DNA of 64,000 nucleotides from Gemmatimonadales bacterium. GTDB lineage: Bacteria > Gemmatimonadota > Gemmatimonadetes > Gemmatimonadales > GWC2-71-9. This document shows positions 61,385 to 64,000 of this stretch, piece after piece. A program made the position numbers and the translations under genes. The DNA lies in contig DATICZ010000103.1 of the NCBI GenBank assembly GCA_035456525.1, forward strand, positions 5,403 through 69,402, given 5' to 3'. Within the stretch, counting starts at the first letter, position 1. The number at the start of each line of letters is the position of its first letter. Under the pieces are notes generated by a model. The model was not told the DNA's origin and did not search any database. It saw only the letters and a list, made by a program, of their open reading frames with translations.

Positions 61385-62190
61385 TAGGCGGTCCCTCCCG
61401 AAGTCGTGCCGGCCATATCGTCCATGCGTTGCTTGCGCAGCCCCACGAGCGCCAGCAGGCCGAGCACCGCGGCACTGGCGGCAGAGAGGGCTCCGGCGGG
61501 CTTCAGGTTCCGAGTCGGGAGTCGTGGGCTCTCCGGCAGACCGTAGACACCCGGCTTGTCCACCAGGAGATAGAAGGAGTTCAGCCCGCCCAACGGCCCG
61601 CCGGGATCGGCGCCGTACAGGTAGGCGTCGACACCCTGGGACTTGAGCTGCTCGACGCGTTTCTGGCCGCGCGCGCGCAACTCCGCGATGGTGCCGAACT
61701 GGATCGAATCGGTCGGGCAGGCCTTGGAGCAGGCCGGCTCGAGCCCGACCTGCAGCCGGTCGTAGCACAGCGTGCATTTCTGCGCCGTGCCCGACACGTG
61801 ATTGATGTCGATGACCCCGAAGGGACAGGCGGCGATGCAGTCGCGGCACCCGTTGCACACGTCCGACTGGATGACGACGGTGTCGAACTCGGTGCGGATG
61901 ATGGCGCCGGTGGGGCAGACTTCGAGGCACGGCGCCTGCACGCAGTGCTTGCACACGTCGCTCATCATCAGCCAGCGGCCTTCGTAGGCCCCGTGGAACT
62001 GCTCGATGAACCGGACGTGCCGCCAGTGAATGCCGTCGAGCCGTCGCGTGTTGTCGTAGCTGTCGCCGCTCAGCTCCCGCAACCCGCCGTCCTCCGAGGG
62101 GAGCTCATTCCAGTTCTTGCACGCGACTTCGCACGCCTTGCACCCGATGCACACCGTGGTGTCGGTGAAGAATCCCATGGCCTCGGGCAT
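61384..62190 (-). CDS. fdnH: formate dehydrogenase iron-sulfur (beta) subunit, FdnH-like
   Basis: Four ferredoxin-type Cys clusters: CIGCKACEVAC, CKHCVQAPCLEVCP, CNGCRDCIAACP and CTLCYDR...EPACSKACP. It has a C-terminal TM helix as in E. coli FdnH. The start MPEAMGFF lies at 62190. Confidence 0.9.
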   Translation of the reverse strand: MPEAMGFFTDTTVCIGCKACEVACKNWNELPSEDGGLRELSGDSYDNTRRLDGIHWRHVRFIEQFHGAYEGRWLMMSDVCKHCVQAPCLEVCPTGAIIRTEFDTVVIQSDVCNGCRDCIAACPFGVIDINHVSGTAQKCTLCYDRLQVGLEPACSKACPTDSIQFGTIAELRARGQKRVEQLKSQGVDAYLYGADPGGPLGGLNSFYLLVDKPGVYGLPESPRLPTRNLKPAGALSAASAAVLGLLALVGLRKQRMDDMAGTTSGGTA

Positions 62191-62192
62191 GG

Positions 62193-64000
62193 TCAGGCCC
62201 TTTCCACGTTGCACACGAAGGCCTTGCCTTCGTGGATCGACACATTGGGATCACCGACCCAGGCGGTGAGATCGTTGACCACCGCGCCGGTCGAGAGCCC
62301 CGCCCAGCCCCAGTGCCACGGCATCCCCACGTGGTGGATGCGTTTCCCGGCGACGTTCATCACGCCGATCCGGTCGGTGACGAGCGCCTTGGCCCGGATC
62401 TGCCCGCGCGGGCTCGAGACGACCACCCAGTCGAGGTTCTTGATGCCCTTCTCCTGGGCCAGCCCGGTGCCGATCTCGATGAACAGCTCGGGTTGCAGCT
62501 CGGCGAGCCACGGCAGCCAGCGGCTCATCGCGCCTGCCAGGTAGTGCTCCACCAGACGGTACGTGGTGATGATGTAGGGGAACTTCGGGTCGCCGAAGGC
62601 CGCGAGCGGATTCCACTCCTTTCCGGCCGCCCACACCTTGTGCACCGGGCTCATCTGCTGCTTGTAGAGCAGATTCTCGATCGGCGACTCGTGCGGCTCG
62701 TAATGCGTCGGGAATGGACCATCCACGAGGCCGGCCGGCACGAATATCCAGCCGCGCCCATCCCCCTTCATGATGAACGCGTCGGTGCCGGACAGCGCGT
62801 CCAGGCCGATGCCGTCGGGCTTGGGTTTCGCGTCGGGGGCCTTGTTCGCCCCGAAGTCGGGCACGTCGTACCCGACCCACTTGCCGCGCGGCGTCGCCGC
62901 CCCGGTTTTGGGGTCGGGCGGATTGACGAAGTTCGGATCCCACCAGATCCAGCGTTTCCGCTCGCTCCACGGGTTGCCCTGCAGGTCCGCGGACGCGCGG
63001 TTGTACATGACGCGACGGTTGGCCGGCCACGCCCAGCCCCACTTGAGGTGGGCACCGGGCACGCCGGGCGGATCGGGCTCGCGCCGCGCCGTGAGGTTCT
63101 GATCCCAGGCGGGGTAACACCCACAGTAGATCCACGACGCGCACGTCGTCGAGCCGTCGTCCTTCAAGGCCGCGAATCCCGGCAGGTGCTGCGCCGGGTT
63201 GCCCGTCACGTAGCCGTTGATCTCCCGCAGCACTTTGCGCGCGCTGATCTCGCCCGGATACAGCGGCTCCTCGCCTGCGTCGGGATCGAAGTCCCACGTC
63301 ACATTCTTCCAGCCCTGGTCGCGGGGCTGCGTGCTGTCCGCGTACGCCTTCTTGAGGCGCTTCGCCAGGTTGTGGTAGAACCACGAATCGGTGCGGCAGT
63401 CGCCCGGCGCCTTGGCAGCGTAGGAATGCCACTGCAGCATGCGCTGGGTGTTGGTGTAGCTGCCGTCGTATTCGGCGATCTGCGTGGAGGGGAAGAAGAA
63501 CACCTCGGTCTTGATGTCCGCGACCTTGACCTCGCCGCTCTTCACCTCCGGCGCCTGATACCAGTACGTGGCGGATTCGGTGAGCCAGTTGTCCTTGACG
63601 ACCAGCCAGTCGAGCTGGCGCAACGCCCGGCGTGTCGCCGTGCCGTTGAGCGACGTCGCCGGATTCTGCCCGACGACCACCGTCCCCTTGATCTTTCCGT
63701 CGTTCATGGCGGAGAACATCGCCATGTGCGAGTGATCACCCAGGATCTTGGGGTGCCAGTCGTAGCCGAAATCGTTCTCCGCGGTGGCGGCGTCGCCGTA
63801 CACCGACTTGAGGTAGGAGACCATGAACTTGGGGAAGTTGCCCCAATAGCCGGTCGGCGTCGTCTCGGCCGCCAGGTAGTCCCGCAGCGAATCGTGCGGC
63901 CGCAGCGCCGACGGCGCGTTCATGTAGCCGTGGATCGAGTGGTACAGGGTCGGCACGTCGGTCGACCCCTGGATGGCCGCGTGGCCGCGCAGCGCCATGA
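62193..64000 (-). CDS. fdnG: formate dehydrogenase catalytic (alpha, molybdopterin) subunit, FdnG/FdoG-like, partial (N-terminus beyond the right edge)
   Basis: Collinear with my recollection of the E. coli FdnG C-terminal two thirds: ALRGHAAIQGSTD, WGNFPKF, YGDAATAENDFGYDW, GWAWPANRRVMYNRASAD, GPFPTHYEP, TTYRLVEH and KAFVCNVERA. The region that would hold the Sec/Cys active-site residue is outside the window. Confidence 0.9.
   Translation of the reverse strand, partial: MALRGHAAIQGSTDVPTLYHSIHGYMNAPSALRPHDSLRDYLAAETTPTGYWGNFPKFMVSYLKSVYGDAATAENDFGYDWHPKILGDHSHMAMFSAMNDGKIKGTVVVGQNPATSLNGTATRRALRQLDWLVVKDNWLTESATYWYQAPEVKSGEVKVADIKTEVFFFPSTQIAEYDGSYTNTQRMLQWHSYAAKAPGDCRTDSWFYHNLAKRLKKAYADSTQPRDQGWKNVTWDFDPDAGEEPLYPGEISARKVLREINGYVTGNPAQHLPGFAALKDDGSTTCASWIYCGCYPAWDQNLTARREPDPPGVPGAHLKWGWAWPANRRVMYNRASADLQGNPWSERKRWIWWDPNFVNPPDPKTGAATPRGKWVGYDVPDFGANKAPDAKPKPDGIGLDALSGTDAFIMKGDGRGWIFVPAGLVDGPFPTHYEPHESPIENLLYKQQMSPVHKVWAAGKEWNPLAAFGDPKFPYIITTYRLVEHYLAGAMSRWLPWLAELQPELFIEIGTGLAQEKGIKNLDWVVVSSPRGQIRAKALVTDRIGVMNVAGKRIHHVGMPWHWGWAGLSTGAVVNDLTAWVGDPNVSIHEGKAFVCNVERA

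Overview
Very GC-rich bacterial chromosomal segment; I did not compute the GC value. I call about 50 protein-coding genes, densely packed and often joined by 1-8 nt stop/start overlaps. I saw no rRNA, tRNA, CRISPR array, transposase or integrase. Gene content points to a Gemmatimonadota- or Acidobacteriota-like organism: PadR plus an ADOP-type duplicated FtsX permease, TonB-dependent receptors with a carboxypeptidase-regulatory N-domain, and many signal-peptide peptidases. This taxonomic guess is inference only. Main blocks, left to right: a DUF5916-like outer-membrane protein, then DinB, a GMC oxidoreductase pair, a hydrolase and TetR. Next come a small ORF plus ADP-forming acetyl-CoA synthetase, then S9 and two M55 peptidases. 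After these lie a 16-residue-repeat secreted protein, a desaturase with a CFA-synthase-family methyltransferase, an M20 peptidase, an aminotransferase, an MFS transporter and a cysteine synthase. Two convergent TonB receptors follow, then amidase, MATE, two diguanylate cyclases and an RND pump with its adaptor. Further right are a BNR lipoprotein, an M14 peptidase, an 879-aa all-coiled-coil protein, and a membrane protein / HTH / tandem-duplicated HExxH protein operon. The window ends with PadR-ADOP, a TiaS-like / membrane / TonB-receptor operon, and an FdnGH-type formate dehydrogenase locus with an NrfD-type anchor and FdhE, truncated at the right edge. The most unusual signals are these. (1) An in-frame TGA at 7278 is followed in phase by coding-like sequence and by a hairpin with a GGUC apical loop, positioned like the E. 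coli fdhF SECIS. This makes it a candidate selenoprotein, or else a nonsense pseudogene. (2) A bacterial homologue of the archaeal TiaS N-terminal kinase-like domain is translationally coupled to a membrane protein and a TonB receptor. (3) A membrane protein, a 74-aa HTH and a doubled gluzincin-like protein form a tightly overlapped triad next to the giant coiled-coil protein. Most very long ORFs in the six-frame track are antisense or out-of-frame shadows typical of high-GC DNA and were rejected. All family names come from motif recognition by eye and need HMM or BLAST confirmation.
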